Shown: positions 12,453 to 25,645, numbered from the stretch's first letter. The stretch is DNA of 64,000 nt from Octopus vulgaris (GCA_951406725.2 OX597818.1:682001-746000), one strand, 5' to 3'. The notes: generated by a model not told the origin, from the letters alone. Numbers and translations are program-made.

Positions 12453-12820
12453 GGCTAAGAGAAATGAAAAAAGCTTGTCAACGAATTCCCTAGGGAGATA
12501 AAAGAAAAATGAAAGAAATTCAAAACAAAGAAAATAAAAACAACTTGAATAGAAAAGACAAGAAAGAGAAGCAATGGTGATGACAGGTGGGGATGTATAC
12601 TTACACACACAAAGATACACATACATGCATACATATATACATACAAACATACACACACATATTTACTGTTTCTGTCTACCAAATCCATTCCTTGGGATGA
12701 TAGATAGATAGATAGATAGATAGATAAAGGTGTACCAAAGACACACACATCTCGTAGTCTCTCTGTCTCTGTCTGTCTCTCTCTCTATATATATGTATAT
12801 ATAAATGTAATATGTGACAA

Positions 12821-12878
12821 TTATTCAGTTGTTTCGGATGTCAGGGTGGAAATCCATGCCGCCATCTCTTCAGTTATC
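12821..12878 (-). ncRNA. Degenerate hammerhead relic (C3-G8 core)
   Basis: Minus strand: CUGAAGA-gauggcggcaugga-uu-uccacccugacauc-C-GAAA-caacug-aa. The UH site is lost. Confidence 0.4.
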
Positions 12879-13830
12879 TGGCCATCATAAAAAATGCTAT
12901 GAAAATGACCCATGAATTTGTGATTTCAGTGAAAGGTAAGAAATTCTTCATATTTTGCATCTTTGGTATTTTGACTTTACAGTTTGAATTTTAGAATTGT
13001 TTATCCAATCGAAATATTGCAACAGCTAACAGTGAAATATAGAATTTTAAAAAAAGGCTTTTTCGACTGTTATCAAGTCTTTGAGAACATAAATTTTTTT
13101 TTTTCAAAAATATATAATTTGAAATAGTTTGCTTTAGTTTGGGACTGAAAATTTTTGGTATTTTAACTTGTACGAGTATTTTTTAAAGACTTTTTTTAAA
13201 GATTCTAATATAACTTGATTTGAAATGGATATTTGTAGATATTTTAAATGTAGTCATGAAAAGGACACTGTTCTTTCTCAGGAAAACTCCAAAACATGGA
13301 ATACAAAAAAAAATCAAACCAAGATCTTGTGTCTTCCTCAACTTCCATCATTTCTTATGGACCTGCAGAACATAATGAAAGCTTCCCTATACCAATTGAT
13401 CATGAAAATCACTGAAATAGGGTGACAGAATTTTTTGGTAGCGAAATGTAAGCATCCGCAGCGACTGTCTGGAAAATGAATTATTTGAAATATTTGAAAA
13501 AAAAAAAGCTCAATAAATGAAGTGTCCCACTAAATGGAACAATGGGCAAGCAAATAATGAGGGAAACATTTTTTAAATTTATATTTCACTGCATGTTCTG
13601 TAGCTATACTTATGTCCACACTAGTATTTTGTATTTGCATCACCTGTATCTGTTTCTCATAACCAAATATATGCAGGCCAAGATACATATTTATACCTGT
13701 TGATAAAGCCCTAAGTATTACGTGTCTATGAAACAATTATAAATCTTGCATTAATCTTATGCAATAAATTTCATGCTATTTTTACTGAGTACCTTGTATT
13801 TCAGATTTCAAGTGGTGTTGTTCCAAAAGC

Positions 13831-16296
13831 ATGAATCCAGTGCACAAAAGTGCAAAAAACGAGAGAAACTGGCAAACAACAGGAAAGGCTGGAATTATGG
13901 ATCAATTTAAGCCACCGTATACATCAGTGACATTACTATCATCGAATAACAATGCACCACTGCCCGGAGAAGACAGGCAAGCAAATAATGATGGAAACAC
14001 CAAACAACAACAAATGCGTGGATGCAATGAAAATTCACAGTAGGTTACTACATTTTCAGCAGTGGAGGGAAATGCGAAGGACTTATATGATGCGTGCTGT
14101 CAACAACCTTTAACTATTGCTGAAAATATGGTTGTGCAACAAGAAGCAGTTACTACCACTATTGACACTGCATCTTGGCTAGAAACTATATCCATTAGCA
14201 TGTGTACTGACATTGTGAAACTTAGAACTGTTCAAGTAAAAGAATACAAATTTCCTAAATCAAAAGAAAACTGCAGATTCAATATCAACTTCTATTCTAA
14301 GATGCTGCCAAATGGCGAAATGATATTTCAAACGTAGCTTGTATGTTCAATTCAGCATGATGCAGTATATTGTTTCTGTTGTAAGCTGTTTGATCACAGA
14401 AAAAAATGAAACTAACGTCTGAAGAATTCAGCAGTTGGCAATATTTGAGCAAGACCTTAGAACATAAGAAATCAATGGACCATAGACAGTACATGATGAA
14501 ATGGATGGAGCTTGAATTTCACTTTAGAACAGCTTCAACTCTTGACAAACAGGCAATTGCTTTAGTGGAAAAGGAGAGAGCTCATTATCGTGCAATGTAA
14601 GAAATGTATCTTGACAATTGTTCTGTTTTTAGCAGACAGGAATATGGCCTTTCGAGGTGTTTCCAATATATTAATATGCTGCAGGTGTTCTGCCAAAATG
14701 GGATTGAACTTTGCAAGCAACTGTACTTTGCCTGAAAACTTTCTATTACTATATACAGAATGCAGAAATAGTGGCTCATTATTTGGGATCTGATAGTCAA
14801 AATGAATTGATATCACTCATTTCTGACCACATTTTGAAAGAAATCACCAATTGGGCAAAGGCTGCTAAATTCTACAACATTGTACTCGACTGCATGCTGG
14901 ATATCAGTCATCAGGAGCAAATGACCATGATCATCTTTTTCATTAAACTTCAAAAAGACTAAACCGAAATCAAAGAGTACTTTGTTGGGTTTTTGAAAGT
15001 TACTGACACAAGTAGAGCAGGACTTTTTGAATCACTCTTGGAGAAGCTCACTTCGTTGGGGCTGGATCTGATGTATTGTAGCTATGATAAGTTATGATAA
15101 TGGCAGTAATATGGAGGGAAAATATTCTGGAGTCCAAGCAAGATTTCTATAGAAGAATCCGTGAGCATTCTATTTACCTTGCATGAATCACAGTCTAAAC
15201 TTTGTTGTGTGCAATGTAGCAAACCCATCAGTGACGGTTGTCTCTTTGGTTACTTCCAGCATGTATATTCATTTTTTGCAGCATCAACGTCTAGATAAAA
15301 CACTTTGAAGGAATTCTGCTCCATCACAGTGAAATATCCACCAGACACTCATTGGGAAAGCAAAGGTGAAAGCATAAAACCCCTTCGATTCAAAACCAAG
15401 GACATCCATAGCATGTTGATAAGCATTCGTAATGCTTTCAGAGGCAAATGTATTAGCTGCAGAAATTGCTTCCTTCTGCTTTCTTCTGTGTTTGGTAATA
15501 TAGTACAATATGCTAACTGATATCAATGAGGTCAGCAAGATACTTTCAGCATGCAAACATGCAAACTGACATTGCCCAGGAGCTTATCTCATCCACACAG
15601 TCCTTGATGCGCAGCTATTGAGAAAACAAAATGTTTTTCTCATCAGCAGTCAATGTAGTAACTGAATTATGTAAACAATTGGAGATACCAGTGGAGATGA
15701 CAAGCGAAAGGAGACCGTGTGCCACACCACTTTGGATATGAAAGTGAAGATGAATCTCTCGATGCTTTGCAAAATTTGAAAATGCACTTCTTTTTTCATG
15801 CAATCAATGTTGCTCTTGCCTCCCTTAGTGAACGCTGTGACATGTTGAGCATGCACAACAACGTCTTTGCATTCCTTTACAACATTACTGAAACACTGGG
15901 AAAATCAGAAGCTACTGGAACACTGTGCAATTGTTTCCATTGCACTGTACATACTGATGATGATGTTGTCAAGGCAGATAATGTAAAGACAGAGCTAGTA
16001 GAAGAGCTTCATTCACTTTTGCATTTTCTATCACCTGAGTGCAGGAAATTCCATGATGTGGTCGATTATATTCAGAAATCTGGCCTTATGGAGATTTTAG
16101 TGGGTTTGCAAATTATCCTTTCAATGCCTGTGAGTGTTGCAAGCAGAGAGTGCAGTTTCTCCAAATTAAAGTCAATTAAATGATACCTGCAGTCCACTAT
16201 GGCACAGGAAAGACTTTGTGGATTGTCTATGATATCTATCGAACATGAACTTAGCTCTCAGCTTGATTATTCTGAACTGATCGATGATTTCACAAA
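13831..16296 (+). pseudogene. hAT transposase pseudogene
   Basis: Fragments VYCFCCKLF (TTF-type zinc finger), LDCMLDISHQEQM, YDNGSNMEGKYSGVQ, PCMNHSLN, THWESK and PVSVASRECSFSKLK...STMAQERL (hAT dimerization domain). Many stops and frameshifts. Confidence 0.9.
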
Positions 16297-18889
16297 GTGA
16301 AAAGTGTGCTGTGTTTATCTTTGAAAGTTACCTGGATTATAAAAGGGCTCTTTTATTCATATCTGGAAGCTTTACTTATTGAAATTTGTAATAGACCTGT
16401 AGCAGAACTATATCATCTCTGCAAAAAGATGTGCAGAGGTACGCAATATTCAATATATTCTATGGCTGACCAGTTCAATCATGTGATAGAATGCAGGAAT
16501 ATTGATTAAGTTCTTTCTAGTCAACATATACTACAGGCAAAGTCAGCTTGCCTTCATATAGAACGGATGCTTTGTCAGGTGTCTTGGTTATAACAGATAC
16601 CTTTGCTTTTTTGACCAACAAAAGTGATGAATAACTATACTCACAGTTCGCATTATCATAATGTTTCGGCATTTATCAAATTATGAATATTTCTTCTAGA
16701 TTTCACATTATGACCAGTTTGCTTTTATGTAAGTTAAATAATGCCATAATGTTATTTGCACACACACACTCTTTTGTTCTGTTTATACAACTTGCTGCAA
16801 TATTCTTGAATAAACTTCTTCGCATACAAGCTGAGACAACTATACTCCAACAGTTGTTATTTTGAAATGCTTGTCTTCTTATATTTGTGAGTCCATCGAA
16901 CAAATATTCAACCCTATCAAATGTTGGCTTTCCTAAACATGAAATGATACGATAGTTCCAGCCTTAAATAAATTTAACTTGTGCTTTTAAAGATGTTCTT
17001 TAGGATAACGTGAAATATTGAATAAAATAAAATATAGCTATAAATAAAAGGTGTGTAGATTATGAATTTGGATTGAAGAGATGGGGCCCCAAAACAAAAA
17101 GTTGCAGGGGGCCTCTAAAAGTCATGTGACAGCCCTGAGAATATGAATAATTATGCATACACACCTTGATACTTCTTTTCTTTTTTTTTTTTCTGTACAT
17201 GAAGTAGGCTCATATTAATATTCTGTTTGCAATAAATTTTTCCCGCCTACTTAAATTTCAATAGAAAAAGAAGAGATACAAAAAATACTTTAAAAAAACC
17301 TCAGCAACAATAAATGACCTATTAAAAGATAATGACAAACATTCCATAATAAAATATATTGAGATTCCATTCCATTCTACATACAGTAGAGGATACCTGA
17401 ACTCATAAAAATCCGTTCTATTTAAGCAAACAAACATATGAACTTAAATCAATATATTCAATGAAGACAGATGTTTTTCTTTCATCCAATCCATTCATAA
17501 ATTGTAGATGGTATTAAGAATTACTTGTTTCTTTTATGTCATCATTATCATCATCATATCATATATTTACAATGCAGACTATGTATAAACAGTTTTGTTA
17601 TTGATAGAAACCCATGCAACTTGTTTACAATTGATTAACTTTACACAACCTCACACACATTCCAGCCCTCACAATGTGGCATCATACACATAATATTGAC
17701 AAAATTAAATTCTCATATAATACGAAGGTTGAGTATGATGAGGTTGATGATAACAATGAAGCTGGATGGAAGTGATGATGATGGTGATGACAACAATATC
17801 GATGACAATGATGATAAAGGAGACTGATGATGACAACAGTGAGGTCAACAACAATGATGACAGTGATGGTGATATGCATATACACACACACCTGGGTCTT
17901 ACTCAACAAGGAAGCTTGAAGAAGCTAGAAATAGTAGTAAATCTGCCTTAAAACACAACATAACATCTTAAGGATACATTAAGAAATAATACAGTCCTAA
18001 AGACACCTTAAAACCTAGAATGGTCAAGGCTGAAATATCTCTGGATTGGTGGTTGCAAGCTCAATTCCTAACCTAGCTCTGGATTATCACAAGAACATAA
18101 CTTTAGATAAGACAGTTATGTCTGATGGACAGCTGACTTCTACAGCTTTACAACAATGCATCTCTTTTGTTCTGTATCACATACAAGTCATATAAAGTCT
18201 ATTATGTTTGTAATGTATTGCTGTTTATATTGTTATGTTCCACCAATATTGTAAATGTTTGAAAGTATAAATACATTCTGGTTCTCATACATCTAGTATG
18301 ATCATCAGCTTTGCAAAATAAATTTGTATGAATGTTTGCATGTATACAAGTATGTATGCATATGTGCAATTATACACACATACACATAAACAAGCATATA
18401 TTAGATAAAAGAACATCGAAACTCTAGAGTTCCAGAACCTTCATTATGATCACCAATTCAATTACCATAGATGAAATATCAAAGAAAACTCTTTAAATTA
18501 TTGACCTGGGTCAATATAAAGTCAAATCTCAATGGCAGATCAGCTTCCCACATTTAAAAGAAACAAAGTAAGTTAAACACACAAAAATGATAGTATACTT
18601 CTATAAATAAATTAGTTTAATTTTAATTAGCAATGTTAATAAAGTCTCAGACAATCAACATTTGATTTACACAGCAGGAGATATACAATATGTTTGTACT
18701 TCACAGTAACTAAATGACTGTTGTCTCCTTAAAATCATTAGTTTAACTGGCATGTTTTTCTGTTGTGTTACATGTATTTAACAATGCTAGTTAGAGTGCG
18801 GATTTGTAAAATTGGTTAAACTTAAGTATTTTTGAGGCATCTGCTTTTTGTAATCATACAGCTAACCACTCAAATGTGAAGTAGGAATG

Positions 18890-20610
18890 GAACCTCTTGT
18901 CAGCAGATACATTGATACAACCGGCGTATCGATTGAGGACCCTTATCAACAGAGTCAATTATTTGCCGAGGCTTTTTCAACTATTTTCAAACAAGATGAT
19001 GGTCGTGAACCCCCTCCATTTGATAGATCGGTACCTCCAATGCTTCGATTGGTCATCACGCGGGACGAAGTCAAACGTGTTATTCAAAGCCTCGATGTCA
19101 ACAAGGGTCACGGCCCTGACGGCATACACCCACGGGTTATCAAAGCGTTGGCTCCGGTCATCTGCGAGCCCTTAACACGACTATTCAATATGTCATTGGC
19201 GACGGGTGTTATACCTGCAGACTGGAGAACAGCGATAATCTGCCCAATTTTCAAGAAAGGGAGCCGCGAAGACCCGCTTAACTACCGACCGGTTTCCCTT
19301 ACATCAATAATCAGCAAGATGTTCGAAACCATCCTTAAGAAAGGTATGATGCTCCACCTCCTAAACACAGCCTCTATCTCTGATTCCCAACACGGCTTCG
19401 TGCCGAAGAGATCATGCTTGACCAACTTACTAGTAATGGAAGAATTGGTGACGCGCATCCTCGATGATAGTGATGCTGTTGACATCGTTTTATTGGACTT
19501 TGCCAAAGCTTTTGACTCGGTAAACCACCGCCTATTACTTGTCAAGCTTCAAGCATATAGTTTCCATCCGGATATTGTACGATGGGTTGGTGCCTTCCTC
19601 TCAGATCGCTCCTTCCAAGTCCAAGTTAATGGTTCGCGGTCCGACGTCTCCAGTGCGAGCAGTGGCGTGCCTCAAGATTCAGTGCTTGGGCCCTTGTTGT
19701 TCTTAGTCTTCATAAATGACTTGCCCGACGACCTCACGCAACACACCCTTCTATTTGGTCGCTCCTCGCGGTAATATAGAGGATCTTCGTCGATGCCTCC
19801 ACCAAATTTGGAAGTGGTCTAACGATTGGGACCTGTGTCTGAACGTGTCATCTGCCTGTCGGCTCTACTCCTGCAACTCAACTTGATTTCGAGCCGGGTC
19901 GTCTGCTGCTGGAGAGGACCGATCAGGTAAAGGACCTGGGTATCTTGGTGGATTCCTCCTTTTCGCCTTCGGTCCAGTGCGTCCATGCTGCCAACAAAGC
20001 ACGCGGAATTCTGTTCTTGATTCGACGGTCATTCGGAATGCTCACAGCAGCCATATTCCTACCACTCTATGTCATGCTGGTGAGACCCATATTGGAGTAT
20101 GGGATTCAAGCCTCTTCTCCTTATCTCCCCAAAGACATGCAACATCTCGAAAGAGTCCAGAAGCTGGCTACCCGCATGGTTCATGGTCTCAAAAATTTGT
20201 CCTATGAAGAAAGGCTGAGGACGCTCGACCTTTATTCTCTTGAAAAACGCCGCCGCCGTGGTGATCTCATTCTCACCCACAACATCATAAGCGGAAAGTG
20301 TAACCTCTCGAAAGAGCTGTTCTTCACTCCTGCTCCAGAGCGTCAGCTGCGGGGTCATTCCGAAAAGCTCTACCTGCGACGATTTCATCTCAATCGAAGG
20401 AGAGGAGCTTTCTCCGTCCGGGTTGCGGATCCATGGAACAAGCTGCCAGACGAGATGGTGAAGATGCCGACGACCGCTTTGTTCAAAGCCTCCCTGGACC
20501 TCAAGTGGCCTGAACTCTTTACATGAACATCACCCTGTACTTAACTCCATGTCCCCCTACATGGCCTTGCTATTTGCTTTTAAGCCAAATTAACTAACTA
20601 ACTAACTAAC
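18890..20610 (+). mobile_element. CR1-group LINE, 5'-truncated, with (CTAA)n tail
   Basis: ORFs 18887-19774 (GPDGIHPRV, NYRPVSLTS, DFAKAFD, SGVPQ) and 19945-20526 (LVRPILEY, LERVQKLAT, YEERL, RRRRGDLI). The YADD motif is deleted. Tail ttaactaactaactaac. Confidence 0.9.
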
Positions 20611-21144
20611 AACCATAATAAGTATCTTGCTCAAAGAGCACAGTTCATACAGTAGTTGTCCAGTATCTTACACTCATAAATTTTGGGTCACATTCTTTGA
20701 ATTTACAAAAAGTCTTAAAATAATAATGGTGACCTGAAATAGTAACATTTCTGCAATTAATGTCAAATAGTTTAATTAAAAATAAATCCTATATACCAAT
20801 TTAAAACTTTAGAGTGCTACTACTTGAACTTGTCTAAGGACACAGTATATCAACAACCATAACACAAAGTGGTAGTGAGGGTCTTGGCTATGGACACAGT
20901 ACATCATCAATAACAAACTCCTGCTAGGCTGATTATGTCAGCCTTGATAATTAGCCACCAAATTGTGGGTGAAACTCAAGATAGTCAACTCCAGTACTTG
21001 TAATTCATTTAATTGGCCCTAAAAGGATGAAAAACAAAGCTAATACTGGCAGGTTTTGAACTCAGAAGAAAACGAAAAAGATTTAAGAGACTAAAAAATT
21101 TACTATTTGTAAATCTCACGAGAGATATTCAGCAACAGTACTTT

Positions 21145-21247
21145 GGAGTGAAGATTATTTGCCAACATAACATGGCAGTCCTGGTTTACAGCAACATTCG
21201 TCCTAAACCAGGACTACCATGTTATGTTGGCAAATAATCTTCACTCC
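21145..21247. repeat. Near-perfect hairpin: 44-bp arms, 15-nt loop
   Basis: ggagtgaagattatttgccaacataacatggcagtcctggttta versus its reverse complement, with one mismatch. Confidence 0.95.
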
Positions 21248-21254
21248 TATTTAA

Positions 21255-22372
21255 CCCTTTCGTTACCAAACCGCCCAAAGCCACCTGAAAAAAATTTTGG
21301 TTAATGTGACCAAACTGCTCAAACCCGCCCGAATTTACCTATTCATATTTAAATGAGAATATCAGAGCAAATCTCTTTAGTACATTCGTGAAAACACGTG
21401 ATTATACTTCGTAAACAGTTCATCTACAGTTTTGTACAACGATCGACGTGTAATTTTAATTCCCTGAATTTTGGCAGATTTTTTTTCCACATTTTTTTCA
21501 GCATCAATTTTTCTTCAACTTTTAAAATGGATAGGAGTTTCATGTTATCAAGCATTGATTCCGAATTGGAAAATTTGTGAAACAAATACTGGGTACTGTT
21601 GTGGATTTAGTTTTTATACAGGGAAACTAATGTTAGTCAGCATGGCTTAGGGTATGATGTGGTCTGGAAGTTATTGTTTGAAGCGATCAATGCGGAAACA
21701 AACTTATGCAAAATGTAAACAAACACAAAATGGGGGTTCAAATTTCGGAAAATTTGTGAAGCAAATACTGGGTACTGCGTGGATTTAGTTTTTATACAGG
21801 GAAAATAATGTTAGTCAGCATGGCCTAGGGAACGATGTGGTCTGGAATTTATCACTTCCATACCATAACCAGGGCCGTATATTAATTTTTGACCGATTTC
21901 TTTAGTTCGGTCAAACTTACGGTGGATTCCAGTATTTCACTTTATTCCACCTTTATGGTACACCTGTTGTGCATTAAATTCAACTAATGATATAGTGATG
22001 TGCACAATTCTTCTTTATCAAAATTTTGTTGCATACCCATTTGAATATTAGCTGATGATTCATTTTCTATGGTGATGTTTAAACAAAATTTTAATATTTT
22101 TACCTTTTGCTCAATCTAAAATTTTAATATTTTTACCTTTTGCTCAATTTACCTGGATTTACCAGTAATTAAAGTCACTTCGAGACAAAAGTTATGCAAT
22201 AGAATTGATTAAGAACCCTTTCTTTAATTATGTTCCAAATATCACATTAATATGTTGATAAGTAAAAAAGTTACAGTTATTTAATGAAACAAGCTTAAAT
22301 TCATGACTATTTTAGAATTTAATTGAAACTCATGAGGGGTGTATTTTGGTCAGAAATATAGTAACGAAAGGG
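21255..22372 (+). mobile_element. Non-autonomous piggyBac derivative
   Basis: TTAA on both sides. TIR ccctttcgttac / gtaacgaaaggg. Internal duplicated ~100-bp transposase relic (CEANTGYC...YTGK...HGLG) at about 21567-21669 and 21745-21848. Confidence 0.9.
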
Positions 22373-22402
22373 TTAAGAGATTTTGTCCAATGCTCTATCA
22401 GT

Positions 22403-22446
<44 letters not shown>

Positions 22447-22448
<2 letters not shown>

Positions 22449-22801
22449 GAAAGAAGGTTTGAAAATGCAATTTTAAAAGATGTTTATTTACTTTACTGGT
22501 GTCACTCTTTGGAAAAAGATTGTCAAAAGTAACATGTAATCTTTTATGCCCAATATTTTAAGGAACTTGTTAAACTTTTTTATGTCCTTAACATGTTCTT
22601 GTTACCAAAGACTGTATATATGTAATGTAGCATTTTGTAACAACCAATAATTAACGCAACCAAACTTTTACATGTTACTTTTGACAATCTTTTTCCAAAG
22701 AGTGAAACCGGTAAAGTAAATAAACATCTTTTAAAATTGCATTTTCAAACCTTCTTTTCGTATATAATTCCACTCGTGCAGTACCCTACAACTCCACTTT
22801 G

Positions 22802-22802
<1 letters not shown>
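22447..22802 (+). mobile_element. Mini Penelope-like insertion in (TA)n: inverted pLTR + body + pLTR + tail
   Basis: About 95-bp inverted arms at 22447-22540 and 22668-22762, then a ~40-nt unique tail. Flanked by (TA)n on both sides. Confidence 0.75.
22675..22719 (+). ncRNA. Minimal hammerhead motif, U3-A8 core variant
   Basis: uuacuu-UUGACAA-ucuuu-uucc-aaaga-gu-GAAA-CCGG-UA-aaguaa. A second, mutated copy lies on the minus strand at about 22488-22532. Confidence 0.6.
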
Positions 22803-22843
<41 letters not shown>

Positions 22844-22942
22844 TATGTATTATATATAATATACATAATATATATATAATATATATTATATATATTATAT
22901 ACATATAATATATATCAAATATTATGTATTATATATATTATG

Positions 22943-22979
<37 letters not shown>

Positions 22980-22982
<3 letters not shown>

Positions 22983-23223
22983 TAAATGCGCCCTTTTAAA
23001 GCCTAGCCAGGCTCATGAGCCCGGTTTCAATGGCGTATGTGTTCCCCAGCTGGGCGGGACGCCAGTCCATCACAGCGTTACTCATTTTTGCCAGCTGAGT
23101 GGACTAGAGCAACATAAAATGAAGTGTTTTCCTCAAGAACACAATGCGTCGCCCGGTCCAGGAATCGGAACCACAACCTTACGATCATGATGCTGACGCC
23201 CTAACCACTAAGCCACGCACCTC

Positions 23224-23226
<3 letters not shown>
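22980..23226 (-). mobile_element. tRNA-derived SINE with CORE-like domain
   Basis: Minus-strand A box tggcttagtggttagg and B box ggttccgattcc, followed by 'cttgaggaaaacacttcatttt...ccactcagctggcaaaaatgag'. Confidence 0.75.
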
Positions 23227-23274
<48 letters not shown>

Positions 23275-23377
23275 TATATATATTATATATACATATATAA
23301 TATATACATATGTAATATTTGTATATGTATAAATATACATATATTATATATATACATATATATATTATATATGTACA

Positions 23378-23822
23378 TCCAGACTGGGCATTGTGAGTGT
23401 TTATTGAGCGAAAACACCTAAAGTTCCATGAGGCTCCAGCAGGGGGTGGTAGTGAACTCTGCTGTACTCTTTCACCACAACTTTCTCTCACTCTTTCTTC
23501 CTGTTTCTGTTGTACCTGTATTTCAAAGGGCCAGCCTTGTCACCCTCTGCGTCACGCTGAATCTCTCCGAGAACTACGTTAAGGGTACACGTGACTGTGG
23601 AGTGCTCAGCCACTTGCATGTTAATAAATGAGCTGCAACGTCACTGGTGCCAAGCTGCATCGGCCTTTGCCTTTCCCTTGGACAGCATCGGTGACATGGA
23701 GAGAGGAGGCTGGTATGCGTAGGTGACTGCTGGTCTTCCATAAACAACTTTGCCCAAACTTGTGCCTCGGGGGTGGCTTTCTGGGTGCAATCCCATGGTC
23801 ATTCATGACCAGAGGGAATCAC
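23378..23822 (+). mobile_element. SINE family B, long-tail variant, 5'-truncated
   Basis: 23378-23500 matches 25709-25830, then continues with a different ~320-bp tail. Confidence 0.65.
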
Positions 23823-23867
23823 AACAATATATGTACATATATATATTATATATACACATATACATAT

Positions 23868-23931
<64 letters not shown>

Positions 23932-23935
<4 letters not shown>

Positions 23936-24395
23936 TCATCATCAAAGTTTAATGTCCGTTTTCCATGCGAGCATGAGTTGGACGATTTGACTGAGGACTG
24001 GCAAGCCAGATGGCTGCACCAGTCTCCAATCTTGATTTGGCAAGGTTTCTACAGCTGGATGCCCTTCCTAACGCCAACCACTCCGAGAGTGTACTGGGTA
24101 CTTTTATGTGCCACCAGCACAAGGGCCAGTCAGGCAGTGCTGGCAACGGCCATACTCAAATGGTGCTTTTTATCTGCCACTTGCACAAGAGCCAGTCCAG
24201 CAGCACTGGCAACGACCTCGCTCGAATGTTTTGTCATGTGCCAGTAAGGCGACGCTGGTAACGATCACGCTCAAATGGTGCTTTTTATGTGCCACCAGCA
24301 CGGAAGCCAGTTAGCTGCTCTGGCAATGATCAAGCTCGGATGGTGCTCTTAGCGCTCCACTAGCATGGATGCCAGTCATCGAATTTGATTTTGAT
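23932..24395 (-). mobile_element. RTE LINE 3'UTR fragment
   Basis: (CAT)n tail and the repeated ggtgctttttatgtgccaccagcac units. Confidence 0.85.
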
Positions 24396-24403
24396 ATATA
24401 TAA

Positions 24404-24451
<48 letters not shown>

Positions 24452-24453
<2 letters not shown>

Positions 24454-24672
24454 GCAAGTAGAAAATGGAGGGAAAATAGTGCAAACGACCAACTTCTCGT
24501 TATTTTTCTTCCATTTTCTTCTCACATATAATTTAAACTATGGTTTACCTGCTGAATTACCTGCTACTGTATACCTTTTACCAAGGATTGTACCTACGCA
24601 GGTAATCACCAGGAGCACCTTTGGATTTAACCATCCCTTAGAGGTTTTAAACACCTCTAACTTATACCTGTA
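24452..24672 (+). mobile_element. PLE 3' tail fragment in (TA)n with short inverted 5' piece
   Basis: Its reverse complement aligns by eye to 47680-47865 (ctaagggat...ggtatacagtag(c/t)aggtaatt...gagaagt). agaaaatggagggaaaata is inverted to tatttttcttccattttct. Confidence 0.6.
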
Positions 24673-24815
24673 TATACATATAAATATATATATATACAGT
24701 AATGCCTCTATATACGAGTTAATTTGTTCACTGAGACCATTTGGAAAGTGAAAACACATAAAGCAGAGCAATAATTTCTCATAGTAGCAATGTTATACAT
24801 ATATATATATTATAT

Positions 24816-25010
24816 ACAACTTATAAATAAGGGCAAACGAAAATGTCCAATTTTCCAATATGTCCAATTTTCGGCATATTTGGCATTAGAAATTTTTTCG
24901 TTTGCCCTTATTTATAAGTTGTTTATAATGTTAACCTTTAAAGGTATTTTTTTAATATGCTAGCCATTGATAAAATCTTTTTTTCAAAAAAATCTTATTC
25001 TACATTAAAT
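24816..25010 (+). repeat. Insertion in TA-rich DNA with 28-bp inverted arms (PLE-like architecture)
   Basis: acaacttataaataagggcaaacgaaaa / ttttcgtttgcccttatttataagttgt, followed by a unique tail. Confidence 0.5.
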
Positions 25011-25017
25011 ATATATA

Positions 25018-25245
25018 TCATCATCATCATTTAGCATCTGCTTTCCATGCTAGCATGGGTTGGATGGTTCAACTGGGGTCTGGAAAGCCAGAAGGCTGCA
25101 CCAGGCCCAGTCTGATCTGGCAATGTTTCTACAGCTGAATGCCCTTCTTAACGCCAACCACTCCGTGAATGTAGTGGGTGCTTTTTACGTGCCACCGGCA
25201 CAGGTGCCAGATGAGGCTGGCAAACGGCCACAGTCGGATGGTGCT
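25018..25245 (-). mobile_element. RTE LINE 3' end fragment
   Basis: Near-identical to 2750-2975. Confidence 0.85.
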
Positions 25246-25503
25246 ATTACATATATACATATATATTTACAGCAGGGGTCATATATACATATACATATAT
25301 ACATATATACTACATATATTCATATATATATATATATATATATACTACATATATTCATATATATATATATATATATACTACATATATTCATATATATATA
25401 TATATATACTACATATATACATATATATATATACTACATATATACATATACTACATATAGACATATACATATATACTACATATATACACACACATACATG
25501 TAT

Positions 25504-25565
<62 letters not shown>

Positions 25566-25595
25566 ATACATGTATGTGTGTGTATATATGTAGTA

Positions 25596-25635
<40 letters not shown>

Positions 25636-25645
25636 GTGTGTGTGT

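Larger units (their letters stand above)
11181..17137 (+). mobile_element. hAT DNA transposon (Tip100/ZMYM1-like), full-length but decayed
   Basis: TIRs cagggccatcac / gtgacagccctg. 8-bp TSD agaatatg at 11173-11180 and 17138-17145. Internal transposase relic. Confidence 0.92.

Noticed and set aside
17682-17951. His/Asp/Met-rich short ORFs
   Set aside because: Degenerate (GAT/GAC)n trinucleotide repeat.
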